Positions 49,823-59,733 of a DNA stretch of 64,000 nt are shown one piece after another. A program made the translations under genes and the position numbers. Each line of letters opens with the position of its first letter. The stretch's first letter is position 1. The notes under the pieces are model-generated. The model saw only the letters and a list, made by a program, of their open reading frames with translations. It was not told the DNA's origin and ran no database searches. This DNA comes from an alpha proteobacterium MED-G09 (GTDB taxonomy: Bacteria; Pseudomonadota; Alphaproteobacteria; MED-G09), in the NCBI GenBank assembly GCA_905182015.1, contig CAJIZT010000006.1, positions 19,116 to 83,115 on the forward strand. The letters are read 5' to 3'.

Positions 49823-50458
49823 TTATAATTTAAACTCGCTCAACATCTCTAATGCCTTCTTTGTATAGATAACTTTGTCTTGATTGATCGATACTAGGTC
49901 TTCAGCGAATAACTGAAGGCATAACGGGTAAATCCTGTGCTCCAAATTTAGTATCCTCTCAGACAGTAATTTAGTATTATCGTCGGAATTAACCGACGTG
50001 ATTGCTTGAGAAATTATCGGCCCCTCGTCTACTCCTGATCTTACCATATGAACTGTACATCCTGAAAATTTAACACCCTGATCTATTGCGCGTTGATGAG
50101 TATTCAAGCCTTTAAACGATGGCAGGAGAGATGGGTGGATATTGAGATGTTTATTAAACCAATTTTTAACAAAATCTTCTCCGTGAATACGCATAAAGCC
50201 AGCGTTGCATATAAAATCTATATTATTGTTGGTTAAAATTTCATTAACTGCTTCATCAAATTTTTTTCTATCGTTAAAGAGTCTGTGGTCAATAGAGTGC
50301 GCCCTTATTCCTTTTGATTTAGCGTATTCTAATCCTTTAGCGTTGGGGTTATTGGAGATAACAATATTAATACTTGCCTTGGTATTTTCTTTCTCACAGG
50401 ACTCTATTAATTTAATCATATTTGAGCCAAAACCAGATATTAAAATTCCAACTCGCAT
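49823..50458 (-). CDS. purN: Phosphoribosylglycinamide formyltransferase
   Basis: ISG.GSN, AGFMR, NIHPSLLP, GCTVH.V...D.GPII. Confidence 0.96.
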   Translation of the reverse strand: MRVGILISGFGSNMIKLIESCEKENTKASINIVISNNPNAKGLEYAKSKGIRAHSIDHRLFNDRKKFDEAVNEILTNNNIDFICNAGFMRIHGEDFVKNWFNKHLNIHPSLLPSFKGLNTHQRAIDQGVKFSGCTVHMVRSGVDEGPIISQAITSVNSDDNTKLLSERILNLEHRIYPLCLQLFAEDLVSINQDKVIYTKKALEMLSEFKL

Positions 50459-50464
50459 TATTTT

Positions 50465-51562
50465 TTAACCCTTAATATACGTAATACCAGATTCATTATC
50501 TCTATCTTTAGTTATTTCACCAATGATAAAATGATCTTCATTAATTTTTCTTAGGTAAGCAGATAATTTTTTAGAATCGTCAGACGAAGCAATTAAAATT
50601 AAACCTATTCCACAATTTAAAGTTCGCAAAATTTCTTCCTCATCCACGTTTCCAAGATTTTTTAACCAATTAAATATTTCAGGTCTATCCCAGGATGATA
50701 AATCTATTTGAGCATTAACCGATGAACTGGGAAATATTCGAGGAAGGTTTTCAGTTATACCCCCTCCTGTAATATGGGATATAGCCTTGATGCCACCAAT
50801 CTTTTTTATCAGGTCGAGAACAAGCTTAACGTATATTTTGGTTGGCTCTAAAAGAATCTCAGAAATTTTCTTCTGACTATCATTTGGCATCGGAAGAGAT
50901 GTCTTAATGCCTCTTTGGTTTATTATATTTCTGACCAAAGAGTAACCGTTTGAATGAAGTCCATTTGAAGGGAGGCCGATAATCACATCCCCTTCAATTA
51001 TATCGTTACTCGGCAAAAGATTTTTCCTTTCTACGATTCCAACAGAAAACCCAGCTAGGTCAAAGTGTTTTTTTTCATATAACCCAGGCATTTCAGCTGT
51101 TTCTCCACCTATTAAAGCACAATTTGATTGAACACATCCATTTGCAATACTCTCGATGATTTTTGTTGCAACTTCATTTGAAAGAACACCTGTTGCAAAA
51201 TAATCTAAAAAGTAAAGTGGCTCAGCTCCTTGAACAATTAAGTCATTAACGCACATTGCCACAAGATCTATGCCGATGTTTTCATAAAAGTCATGCTCTA
51301 TAGCTAGGAGCAATTTTGTTCCTACACCATCCGTGGAGGATACCAAAAGTGGATCCTTATAGTCACAAAAGGAAAGATCAAAAATTCCACCGAATCCACC
51401 AATTTTAGTATCCGCTCCTGGCCTTTGAGTTTTTTTAATAATCGGCTTTATATTCTCAATAAGATTACTAGCTTTTTCTATATCAACTCCTGACGAGGCG
51501 TAGGTAATTTTACTTCCACCGTCCTGAGTATTCTGATTTTTATTTATTTTTCTTTCTGTCAA
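50465..51562 (-). CDS. purM: AIR synthetase
   Basis: Y..SGVD, TDGVGTK, GGETAEMPG, G.HSNGYS, HITGGG. Confidence 0.97.
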   Translation of the reverse strand: MTERKINKNQNTQDGGSKITYASSGVDIEKASNLIENIKPIIKKTQRPGADTKIGGFGGIFDLSFCDYKDPLLVSSTDGVGTKLLLAIEHDFYENIGIDLVAMCVNDLIVQGAEPLYFLDYFATGVLSNEVATKIIESIANGCVQSNCALIGGETAEMPGLYEKKHFDLAGFSVGIVERKNLLPSNDIIEGDVIIGLPSNGLHSNGYSLVRNIINQRGIKTSLPMPNDSQKKISEILLEPTKIYVKLVLDLIKKIGGIKAISHITGGGITENLPRIFPSSSVNAQIDLSSWDRPEIFNWLKNLGNVDEEEILRTLNCGIGLILIASSDDSKKLSAYLRKINEDHFIIGEITKDRDNESGITYIKG

Positions 51563-51569
51563 TTTTTCG

Positions 51570-51652
51570 ACCTTAATATTTAATATATTTAATGATAATA
51601 AACTCTTTTATTATAAATAAATAAATATATCATTATTATTTTCTATTAAGGT
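51570..51652. repeat. Nested inverted repeat spanning the divergent purM / phosphatidyltransferase-hda promoter
   Basis: ACCTTAATA(51570-78)/TATTAAGGT(51644-52) and TAATGATA(51590-97)/TATCATTA(51628-35), nearly the same dyad axis. Confidence 0.45.
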
Positions 51653-51659
51653 TAAATAA

Positions 51660-52217
51660 ATGAATTTTGCAAATATTATCACTGTCGTAAGACTATTGCT
51701 GACGCCAATCATAATTTGGTTAATATTATCACATTACTATAGTTTTGCTTTAATATTCTTTATTATAAGTGGTCTTTCTGATGCTCTGGACGGCTTTATT
51801 GCAGAGCAATTTAATCAAAAAACAGTTCTAGGTAGCTACCTTGATCCAATTGCAGATAAAACTTTAATAGTCTCATCAATATTAGCTTTGGCTTACGTGG
51901 GTAGTATACCATCCTGGCTTGTAATACTAATTGTGTCTAGGGATCTTGCAATTTTAGGCGCAGTAATAGTTTCTTGGCTGGCAGAAAGTAGTTTAAAAAT
52001 TGAACCGATTATTTCTAGTAAAATAAATACCTTTCTTCAAATAGTTTACATTGGCCTATTGCTTCTTAATAATTCAATTTCTGATTCCATGAATGATTTG
52101 AGTACTTATATTCTTCCTGTTTTTTCAATTTTAATTGCATTTTCTACCTTAAGTTCATGGTTCTCATATCTTTTATTGTGGTTAAGAAGTATGGGTATAG
52201 TTAACGGTAATAGATAG
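51660..52217 (+). CDS. CDP-alcohol phosphatidyltransferase (PgsA/Cls-like)
   Basis: N.IT..R, D.LDG.IA......T.LG..LDP.ADK signature. Confidence 0.9.
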   Translation: MNFANIITVVRLLLTPIIIWLILSHYYSFALIFFIISGLSDALDGFIAEQFNQKTVLGSYLDPIADKTLIVSSILALAYVGSIPSWLVILIVSRDLAILGAVIVSWLAESSLKIEPIISSKINTFLQIVYIGLLLLNNSISDSMNDLSTYILPVFSILIAFSTLSSWFSYLLLWLRSMGIVNGNR

Positions 52218-52228
52218 TTAGAGAAATT

Positions 52229-52897
52229 ATGTATAATAATCAGCTTACAATTGAAATGCCTAAAAGGCTTGCCTTAGGGCGAGAAGATTTCTTGGTAAAT
52301 GAATGCAATCATGAGGCTGTAAATTTTATTGATAAATTTTATAAAAACAAAATGAAGTCAGGTTTATTAGTTGGCCCCAAAGGTAGTGGTAAGACTCATC
52401 TTGTTAATGTTTTCTGTAAGAATATAGAACAGAACCGCTGGATTATTTCACCTAGGCTTAATGAAGACACTTATAAATTATTCGAACAGAACGATGCTAT
52501 AATTATTGAAGATATTGATTTAATCTCTTCGACATCTGAGGAGGAATATTTATTACACAGTATCAATCTTTCAAAAGAATTAAAAAAAATACTATTATTA
52601 ACAACAGGTACTGAACTTTCAAAATTTGATATAAAGATCGAAGATTTAAGGTCTAGATTAGACTCAATGCAATCGGTAAAAATTTTAGAACCTAATGATG
52701 ATCTAATGAGCGCGTTAATTCTCAAACTTTTTCATGACCGTCAGATTCTTATTAAGCCAAAAATAGTTAATTTTTTAATGCAAAGAGTCGAAAGGTCTTA
52801 CCTTGGAATTTCTGAAATAGTAGATTTGATTGATAGTTTTTCATTGTCGAAGAATAAATCGATTTCAATTAATTTAATCAAGGAAATATTAAAATGA
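52229..52897 (+). CDS. hda: DnaA regulatory inactivator Hda/HdaA
   Basis: N-terminal QLTIEM clamp-binding-like motif, REDF, GPKGSGKTHL, DLRSRL, ERS. Confidence 0.85.
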   Translation: MYNNQLTIEMPKRLALGREDFLVNECNHEAVNFIDKFYKNKMKSGLLVGPKGSGKTHLVNVFCKNIEQNRWIISPRLNEDTYKLFEQNDAIIIEDIDLISSTSEEEYLLHSINLSKELKKILLLTTGTELSKFDIKIEDLRSRLDSMQSVKILEPNDDLMSALILKLFHDRQILIKPKIVNFLMQRVERSYLGISEIVDLIDSFSLSKNKSISINLIKEILK

Positions 52898-52912
52898 ATA
52901 TAATTATATTAA

Positions 52913-54064
52913 TTAAATATCCTTAAGGGTAACTTTATTTTCCTCCATTGTGATTGCAACTTTTCCATTTTTAAAATCTAAAGCTTTTTTACCAAATAAT
53001 TCATATCGCCAGCCTTTTAATGTCTTTATATCAGCTGAATCGTCAGCAATTAAATCCTCTAAATCCTGTGTAGATGCTATTAATTTCTGAGCAACTTCAT
53101 TTTCTTCGGCGGTTGAGCTTAAAAGTATTTTCAGTAAAGAGACTCTGCTGGTGGTTCCGTGGGGTAATTTTCTTTTATCTGCGAGCTTGGGAAGATCCTT
53201 TTCCTCAAGAGATAGCCCAATTAGGATTTGCTCAAGAATCTCATTCATTACCTCTTCCTTCAGCATTAAGCCGTTAGAAAATGATCTTAGACTCATAATT
53301 TCATCTAACGATTTTGGCTTCATTGAAGATAATTCATAAATTATGTCATCTCTAATAACTCTGCCTCTGGGGAGATCTTTTTTTTGAGCTCTTTCCTCTC
53401 TCCATAATGCTAATTGATAGGTTACACCTCGTGTCTTAACATCATACCCTCTGACCTTCAATCTCCTAAATGCTAATTTAGGATTTGTATCGTAGGTACT
53501 TTCTGAGGTTAAAATACTTAACTCCTCATCCAGCCAGGTTTCTCTATTTTTTTCTTTTATTTCACTCATCAGTATTGGATAGATTTCATGTAGATGAGTA
53601 ACATCGCCTATGGCATAATTAAGCTGTTTTTCTGTTAAAGGTCTTTTTGCCCAGTTAGAAAACCTAGATGACTTATCAATTTTTTTTCCAAGAACTTTAT
53701 CGACTAGCTTTTCGTAGCCAACAGAATCTCCAAAACCACAAACCATTGCAGCTATTTGGGTATCAAATATGGGAGTAGGGATTTTACCTGAAATCTTAAA
53801 AAATATTTCAACATCCTGTCTGCCTGAATGAAATATTTTTAGTATTGATTTTTTATTTAAGATTTTAAGAAATGGAGTTAAGTCAAGATTCTCTTCAATC
53901 GGATCAATTATTAATTCAAGATCATCAGTACAAACCTGAATAAGGCATAGGCGTGACCAATAGGTTTTTTCCCTTATGAACTCTGTATCAATAGTAATAA
54001 ATTTAGCCTTAGAAAGAGTTTTACAAACCTCTTTGAGCTCTTTATTTGTTTTGATTAGTTCCAT
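52913..54064 (-). CDS. rnd: Ribonuclease D
   Basis: DTEF.RE.TY..LCL.Q, H...QD, FDTQ.AA, W..RPL...Q..YA..DV, HRDC domain, GWR. Confidence 0.95.
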   Translation of the reverse strand: MELIKTNKELKEVCKTLSKAKFITIDTEFIREKTYWSRLCLIQVCTDDLELIIDPIEENLDLTPFLKILNKKSILKIFHSGRQDVEIFFKISGKIPTPIFDTQIAAMVCGFGDSVGYEKLVDKVLGKKIDKSSRFSNWAKRPLTEKQLNYAIGDVTHLHEIYPILMSEIKEKNRETWLDEELSILTSESTYDTNPKLAFRRLKVRGYDVKTRGVTYQLALWREERAQKKDLPRGRVIRDDIIYELSSMKPKSLDEIMSLRSFSNGLMLKEEVMNEILEQILIGLSLEEKDLPKLADKRKLPHGTTSRVSLLKILLSSTAEENEVAQKLIASTQDLEDLIADDSADIKTLKGWRYELFGKKALDFKNGKVAITMEENKVTLKDI

Positions 54065-54097
54065 TTAAATCGTATACATTATAAATGTTTAGTTGTC

Positions 54098-54127
54098 CTT
54101 GACAAAACACTTTTAAATTGTCCTATT
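54098..54127 (+). promoter_or_regulatory. Putative sigma70 promoter for aspS
   Basis: CTTGACA at 54098-54104 with CCTATT about 17-18 nt downstream. Confidence 0.4.
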
Positions 54128-54153
54128 GCGAGAATAAACTATAGGTTGATAGA

Positions 54154-55926
54154 ATGAATGAATATAGAAGTCATAAATGTAATGAGCTTTCAATTAACGA
54201 TGTTGATAGCGATGTTTATTTATCTGGCTGGGTTAATCGTAAACGTGATCATGGCGGCCTTCTTTTTATTGACCTAAGGGATCATTATGGTTTAACGCAA
54301 TTAGTCTTTGACCCTGATAGCAATGCATTTACTGAAGCTGAAAAAATTAGCCCCGAATCTGTAATTAAAGTTTCTGGTAAAGTAGTCAAAAGAAGTGATG
54401 ATACAATTAACTCAAACCTTCCAACTGGAGCGATTGAAGTTTATGTTGAGGAAATAGAAGTTTTATCAAAAGCGGAAGAATTACCACTACCTGTATTTGG
54501 AGAACCTGATTACCCTGAGGATATTAGATTAAAATATAGATTTTTAGATCTCCGAAGAGAAACTCTCCACAAAAATATTGTTCTTAGATCAAAGATCATT
54601 CAATCAATACGAAGAAGAATGATTGAAAAGGATTTTCTAGAGTTTCAAACTCCCATTATGACGGCATCGAGCCCTGAGGGCGCCCGAGATTTTTTAATAC
54701 CATCAAGACTTCATCCTGGAAGTTTTTATGCTCTTCCTCAGGCTCCGCAACAATTTAAACAAATATTAATGGCTTCTGGGTTTGATAATTATTTTCAAAT
54801 TGCTCCATGTTTTAGAGATGAGGATGCGCGTGCAGATAGATCCCCTGGTGAATTTTATCAACTTGATATTGAAATGAGTTTTGTAAGCCAGGAGGATATT
54901 TTTGAAGTTGTAGAACCAATTTTAAGAGATCTTTTTGTCGAATTTTCTTCTGAAAAAAGTGTAACTAGCGTTTTCCCTAAGATCCCATACTTAGAAGCGC
55001 TTGCAAAATATGGAACCGATAAACCTGATTTAAGAAATCCAATTGAAATGTCTGATGTAACAGATATATTTAAAGAATCAGGGTTTAAGATTTTTTCTGA
55101 ATCTATAAAGAAAGATAACGATGTAAGGGTCTGGGGTATTCCAGCAAAAGGCGGCGGGTCGAGAGCTTTTTGCGATAAGATGAACTCCTGGGCGGTTAAA
55201 GAAGGGCAACCAGGTCTTGGGTATATCTTTTATAAGAAAGGTGTTGGATCGGGTCCAATAGCTAAGAATGTTGGTGAAGAAAAAACTACTGAAATAAAGA
55301 ATAAATTTAATTTAAGTGATAACGATTCTGTATTTTTTATATGTGGAGTTCCTAAAAAATTCATGCAGTTTGCTTCGAGTGCGAGAGATAAAATAGGAAT
55401 AGATTTAAGTCTATTAAAAGAAAATAGTTTTGAATTTTGTTGGATTGTTGATTTTCCTATGTATGAATGGGATGAGGTTAATAAAAAAATAGATTTCTCA
55501 CATAATCCATTTTCAATGCCTCAAGGTGGGATGGATTCCTTGGAAAATAAAGACCCCTTAAGCGTTAAGGCCTTTCAGTACGATATAGTTTGCAATGGTG
55601 TTGAGTTATCCTCAGGAGCCATTAGAAATCATAGGCCTGATATATTGGTTAAGGCATTTAATATTGCTGGGTATGATGAAAATGAGGTTGAGAATCGGTT
55701 TGGAGCAATGTCTAGCGCATTTAAGTATGGAGCACCCCCTCATGGAGGCATAGCACCAGGAATTGATCGAATAGTAATGCTTTTAACAGGGGTAGACAAC
55801 ATAAGGGAAGTTATAGCTTTCCCAATGAATCAACAGGCACAGGATGTGCTTATGGGTGCCCCTTCTTTAGTATCAAATAATCAGCTTGCAGAGCTAGGTC
55901 TCAAGCTTGAGGAGGAGGCTGATTAG
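54154..55926 (+). CDS. aspS: Aspartate--tRNA ligase, probably non-discriminating (Asp/Asn)
   Basis: RDHGG (His typical of ND-AspRS), PEGARDF, FRDED.RADR, APPHGG.A.G.DR. Confidence 0.96.
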   Translation: MNEYRSHKCNELSINDVDSDVYLSGWVNRKRDHGGLLFIDLRDHYGLTQLVFDPDSNAFTEAEKISPESVIKVSGKVVKRSDDTINSNLPTGAIEVYVEEIEVLSKAEELPLPVFGEPDYPEDIRLKYRFLDLRRETLHKNIVLRSKIIQSIRRRMIEKDFLEFQTPIMTASSPEGARDFLIPSRLHPGSFYALPQAPQQFKQILMASGFDNYFQIAPCFRDEDARADRSPGEFYQLDIEMSFVSQEDIFEVVEPILRDLFVEFSSEKSVTSVFPKIPYLEALAKYGTDKPDLRNPIEMSDVTDIFKESGFKIFSESIKKDNDVRVWGIPAKGGGSRAFCDKMNSWAVKEGQPGLGYIFYKKGVGSGPIAKNVGEEKTTEIKNKFNLSDNDSVFFICGVPKKFMQFASSARDKIGIDLSLLKENSFEFCWIVDFPMYEWDEVNKKIDFSHNPFSMPQGGMDSLENKDPLSVKAFQYDIVCNGVELSSGAIRNHRPDILVKAFNIAGYDENEVENRFGAMSSAFKYGAPPHGGIAPGIDRIVMLLTGVDNIREVIAFPMNQQAQDVLMGAPSLVSNNQLAELGLKLEEEAD

Positions 55927-55937
55927 CCTGAGTTTGA

Positions 55938-56324
55938 ATGAAAAATTTATTTCTAGAAATTTTTACATGGTGGAGCGGTCAAACGCTTGGAACTAGACTT
56001 CACACATTTCTTCATGGTCGTCTAGTCGGCTATGATATTGACGGAAATAAATACTATGTAAATAAAAAGAACAATGAAACTCGTTGGGTTATTTATAATG
56101 GCGAGATCGATGCTTCAAAAGTTAATGCAAACTGGCATGACTGGATTCATTACAGAACTGAGAAAATCCCTGATACAGAAATAAAAGAGAAATCTTGGCA
56201 TAAGAAACATCAAATGAATTATACTGGCACTAAAGATTTTTATAGCCCCGTGAATGCATCTGATAGAACAACAAGATCAATCGCTAAATCATATGAAGCA
56301 TGGTCTCCGGAGGAAAGGAAATGA
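55938..56324 (+). CDS. NDUFA12 (complex I 17.2 kDa) family protein
   Basis: FTWW...T.GT, VG.D..GN.YY, RWVIY, W..W.H, YEAW.P. Confidence 0.9.
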   Translation: MKNLFLEIFTWWSGQTLGTRLHTFLHGRLVGYDIDGNKYYVNKKNNETRWVIYNGEIDASKVNANWHDWIHYRTEKIPDTEIKEKSWHKKHQMNYTGTKDFYSPVNASDRTTRSIAKSYEAWSPEERK

Positions 56325-56770
56325 AGTCAAATACTTTTGAGGCAATTGTAGGTGCTGTTGTAATATTCTTAGCAGTAGTATTTTTATTTGTTGGTTTTTC
56401 ATCAATGAAATTAAAGAAAGGTAATAATTACAATTTATCAGCGCTCTTTAATAGAATAGACGGTATAAAGTTAGGCTCAGATATTCGTATGTCTGGAATT
56501 AAGATAGGAACTGTTACAAAGCAAGAGTTAGATAATTCTACTTTTGAGGCCAAGGTCTTTATGTCAATCGATTCAAAAATTTCTATTCCCGACGACAGTT
56601 CTGCAAAAATAACAACTGATGGTCTCTTGGGAGGAAATTATATTTCGATTGAACCAGGTGGCAGTGATATTTATTTATCAAACAACGAAGAGATTTTTTT
56701 TACCCAGGGTGCTGTTGATTTAATAGGCCTTGTAGGAGAAGCACTTTTTTCAGTTGAAGGTAAGGAGTAG
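56321..56770 (+). CDS. mlaD: MlaD/MCE lipid asymmetry protein
   Basis: E..VG TM, F..IDG...GSD.R.SG..IG, IP.DS.A.I...GLLG..Y; ATGA overlap. Confidence 0.9.
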   Translation: MKSNTFEAIVGAVVIFLAVVFLFVGFSSMKLKKGNNYNLSALFNRIDGIKLGSDIRMSGIKIGTVTKQELDNSTFEAKVFMSIDSKISIPDDSSAKITTDGLLGGNYISIEPGGSDIYLSNNEEIFFTQGAVDLIGLVGEALFSVEGKE

Positions 56771-56771
56771 A

Positions 56772-58115
56772 TTAATTTTTATTTTTCATGTGACTTTCGA
56801 CCCAGTGAATATCGTAGGTACCATCTAAAAATTTTCCTTCTTTTATTATGTCTAAGTAAAAGGGAATAGTAGTTTTAATTCCCTCAACTACAAACTCACC
56901 AAGAGCTCTTTCAAGTCTGGCCAAGCATGAGTCTCGGCTATCGCCGAATACTATTAATTTGGCAATCATACTATCATAATAAGGAGGTACTGTTATTCCA
57001 CTATAACATCCTGAATCAACTCTAATACCAGGACCTCCAGGGGTATGAAAATTAATAATTTTTCCCGGACTCGGAACAAAGGAGGAGGGGTCTTCTGCGT
57101 TAATTCTACACTCTATGGAATGACCAAAGAATTTTATCTCACTTTGTTTTTTTGAAAGTATTTTATTTGATGCTACTAATATTTGTTCTGTAACAAGATC
57201 AAAATTTGTTATTTCTTCTGTAACCGGGTGCTCAACCTGAAGTCTTGTATTCATTTCCATGAAATAAAATTTATTATTTTCATATAAATATTCAACTGTT
57301 CCGACACCAGTATAGCCTATTTTAGTTAAAGCATTTACGGTAAGCTCGCCAATATAATTCCTTGTTTTAGCATCAATAACCTTTGATGGCGTTTCCTCTA
57401 GGAGTTTCTGATTTCTTCTTTGCATGGAACAGTCGCGTTCGCCAAGGTGAATCATATTCCCATGATTGTCGCCAACAATTTGTATTTCAATATGTTTGGG
57501 ATTTTTTAGGTATTTTTCTATATAGACAGTATCATTATCAAAAGATTTATCCGCTTCTGATTTAGCTTTTTTTATAGAATCTTCTAGCTTATTTTCTTCA
57601 TGGACAACGACCATTCCTCTTCCGCCTCCACCAGCTGACGCTTTGATGATAATAGGATAGCCTATTTTCTTGGCAATTAATTTTGCATCCTCGAAGTCTC
57701 TTACCTCACCATCGGATCCCGGAATAACAGGGATTCCATGATTTTCGGCTGTTTTTTTAGCTAAAATTTTATCACCCATTGTTTTAATGTGGTTGGCATC
57801 TGGTCCTATAAAGGCAATATTGTGAGCGTTTAATTTTTCAACAAAGCTTGCATTTTCGGAAAGAAATCCATACCCAGGGTGGACTGCGTCTGCTCCTGAG
57901 ATTTCGCAAGCTGCAATTATTGATGGTATATTTAAATATGAATCTTTTGAGTTAGGTGGACCAATACAAACACTCTCATCTGCTAGCTTTACGTGCATTG
58001 CCTCTTTATCTGCTGTTGAATAAACGGCTACAGTTTTTATACCAAGATCTTTACACGCCCTCAGCACTCTAATTGCAATCTCACCTCTATTAGCTATAAG
58101 AATTTTTTCAAACAT
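56772..58115 (-). CDS. accC: Biotin carboxylase
   Basis: ILIANRGEIA, HPGYGFLSEN, GGGGRGM, EMNTRLQVEH, YYDSMIAK. Confidence 0.97.
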   Translation of the reverse strand: MFEKILIANRGEIAIRVLRACKDLGIKTVAVYSTADKEAMHVKLADESVCIGPPNSKDSYLNIPSIIAACEISGADAVHPGYGFLSENASFVEKLNAHNIAFIGPDANHIKTMGDKILAKKTAENHGIPVIPGSDGEVRDFEDAKLIAKKIGYPIIIKASAGGGGRGMVVVHEENKLEDSIKKAKSEADKSFDNDTVYIEKYLKNPKHIEIQIVGDNHGNMIHLGERDCSMQRRNQKLLEETPSKVIDAKTRNYIGELTVNALTKIGYTGVGTVEYLYENNKFYFMEMNTRLQVEHPVTEEITNFDLVTEQILVASNKILSKKQSEIKFFGHSIECRINAEDPSSFVPSPGKIINFHTPGGPGIRVDSGCYSGITVPPYYDSMIAKLIVFGDSRDSCLARLERALGEFVVEGIKTTIPFYLDIIKEGKFLDGTYDIHWVESHMKNKN

Positions 58116-58116
58116 T

Positions 58117-58560
58117 TTATTCAATAATAATCAGAGGATCGCCAAATTGAATAGGCTGCTCATCTTGGACAAGTATTTTCTTTATAATTCCATCTTTTTC
58201 TGCTGAAATATTATTCATAGTTTTCATCGCTTCAACAATTAAAAGTGTTTGACCTTTTTTCACCTTATCTCCCTTACCAACAAACGGATCTGATTCTGGG
58301 TCAGGTCTTAGATATATTGTACCAACCATAGGTGACAGAACTGCACCCTGAAGATCTTCACCATCAGACTCAGCACTAATCCCTGCTGGTTTAGAATCTT
58401 GACTTGTGACATTACTACTCAAAGGGTTAGAAACTTGTATAATATTTTTTGCTACCTTTACTCTTCCTACCTTCTTATTTTCTATTTCAATTTCGCTTAA
58501 ACCCGTTTGATTCAAAAGCTCTGATAGTGAAATAATTAAATCCTTATCAAAATCTGACAC
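58117..58560 (-). CDS. accB: Biotin carboxyl carrier protein
   Basis: SPMVGT.Y, EAMKTMN; GTG start after GGAGG. Confidence 0.96.
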   Translation of the reverse strand: MSDFDKDLIISLSELLNQTGLSEIEIENKKVGRVKVAKNIIQVSNPLSSNVTSQDSKPAGISAESDGEDLQGAVLSPMVGTIYLRPDPESDPFVGKGDKVKKGQTLLIVEAMKTMNNISAEKDGIIKKILVQDEQPIQFGDPLIIIE

Positions 58561-58577
58561 ATTAAACCTCCATACTC

Positions 58578-59021
58578 TTAATTATTATTTATATGTTTTA
58601 GTATACTTTTTAGAGCGACATCATATCCGTCGATTCCCAAACCACTTATTACACTATTTGCAGCCATTGATACATAGGAGGAATGTCTAAATTTTTCTCT
58701 TTTATAAATATTTGATATATGAACTTCAATTATTGGAATACTTAGTGAAAGCAATGCATCATAAAGAGCAACTGATGTATGGGTATAACCAGCAGGGTTA
58801 ATTATGACTCCATGCCCACTCCTTCCAGCCTCATGAACTAATTCTATTAAACCACCTTCATGATTAGTTTGCTTAAAAATTATTTGAGCATTACTTTGAC
58901 TAGCAATCTTTATTAAAGAATTTTCAATATCTGCAAGTGATGAGGAGCCGTATATCTCTGGCTCTCTTTCTCCTAAAAGATTAAGGTTTGGGCCGTTTAA
59001 AATGTGAATTTTATTTTTCAT
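58578..59021 (-). CDS. aroQ: Type II 3-dehydroquinate dehydratase
   Basis: LNGPNLNLLG.REP.IYG, NP..YTHTS, EVHISN..RE.FR. Confidence 0.97.
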   Translation of the reverse strand: MKNKIHILNGPNLNLLGEREPEIYGSSSLADIENSLIKIASQSNAQIIFKQTNHEGGLIELVHEAGRSGHGVIINPAGYTHTSVALYDALLSLSIPIIEVHISNIYKREKFRHSSYVSMAANSVISGLGIDGYDVALKSILKHINNN

Positions 59022-59733
59022 TTTTTAATATTTCAACCATCTCTTCTTTTCCTATTGCCCCAGGAATTAATTCATTATTTATTATAAATGCAGGGGTTCC
59101 TCGAACACCAATTAAATCTGCCAGCCTGTAATTCTCGTTAATTAATAGTATAGTTTCATCCTTATTCATATCTATTTTAAGCTGATCATAGTTAATTCCA
59201 ATTTTTTCCGATATGTTGATAATATCAACTTCGGATATCTGTCCTGAAATTTTAATCAACTCCTGGTGCATAGAAAAATATTTTTTTTGTTTTTCTGATG
59301 CAATAGATGCTCTTGCAGCTAAAACTGAACTTTCCCCTAAAACGGGAAGTTCCTTTAGAATAACTTTGATATTTTTATCACCTGATATTAAATCCATCAG
59401 TTCCGGAAAACTTCTTTTGCAGTAACCACAGTTGTAATCAAAAAACTCTACAATAACTGCACTACCTTCTTTATTTCCCAAGAAAAAATTATCATTACTC
59501 CTTAGCTTTTCTTGATACTTTGATATATTTTTTTCTTTATTATTTTTTTCTAAAATATCAATTTTATTTAAAATTCTTGTCAAAGTATCATCATCTCTCG
59601 TCAATATTTTGATGATTTTATTATCAGTGATTCCGTTTTCAGTTATATTAAAATATACAAAAATATTAAGACCAATAATTAACAAGGCAATATAAGGTAG
59701 GGATAATTTGAGGGTATTTATTAAACTGGGCAT
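59011..59733 (-). CDS. DsbA family protein (ScsC/Com1-like)
   Basis: N-terminal TM, EFFDYNCGYCK, KE.P.LG..S, GTPAF. Confidence 0.88.
   Translation of the reverse strand: MPSLINTLKLSLPYIALLIIGLNIFVYFNITENGITDNKIIKILTRDDDTLTRILNKIDILEKNNKEKNISKYQEKLRSNDNFFLGNKEGSAVIVEFFDYNCGYCKRSFPELMDLISGDKNIKVILKELPVLGESSVLAARASIASEKQKKYFSMHQELIKISGQISEVDIINISEKIGINYDQLKIDMNKDETILLINENYRLADLIGVRGTPAFIINNELIPGAIGKEEMVEILKNEK

Noticed and set aside
50175-50210. PurN variant CNAGFMRIH instead of CLAGFMRIL
   Set aside because: Catalytic Asn, His and Asp are intact; probably ordinary divergence.
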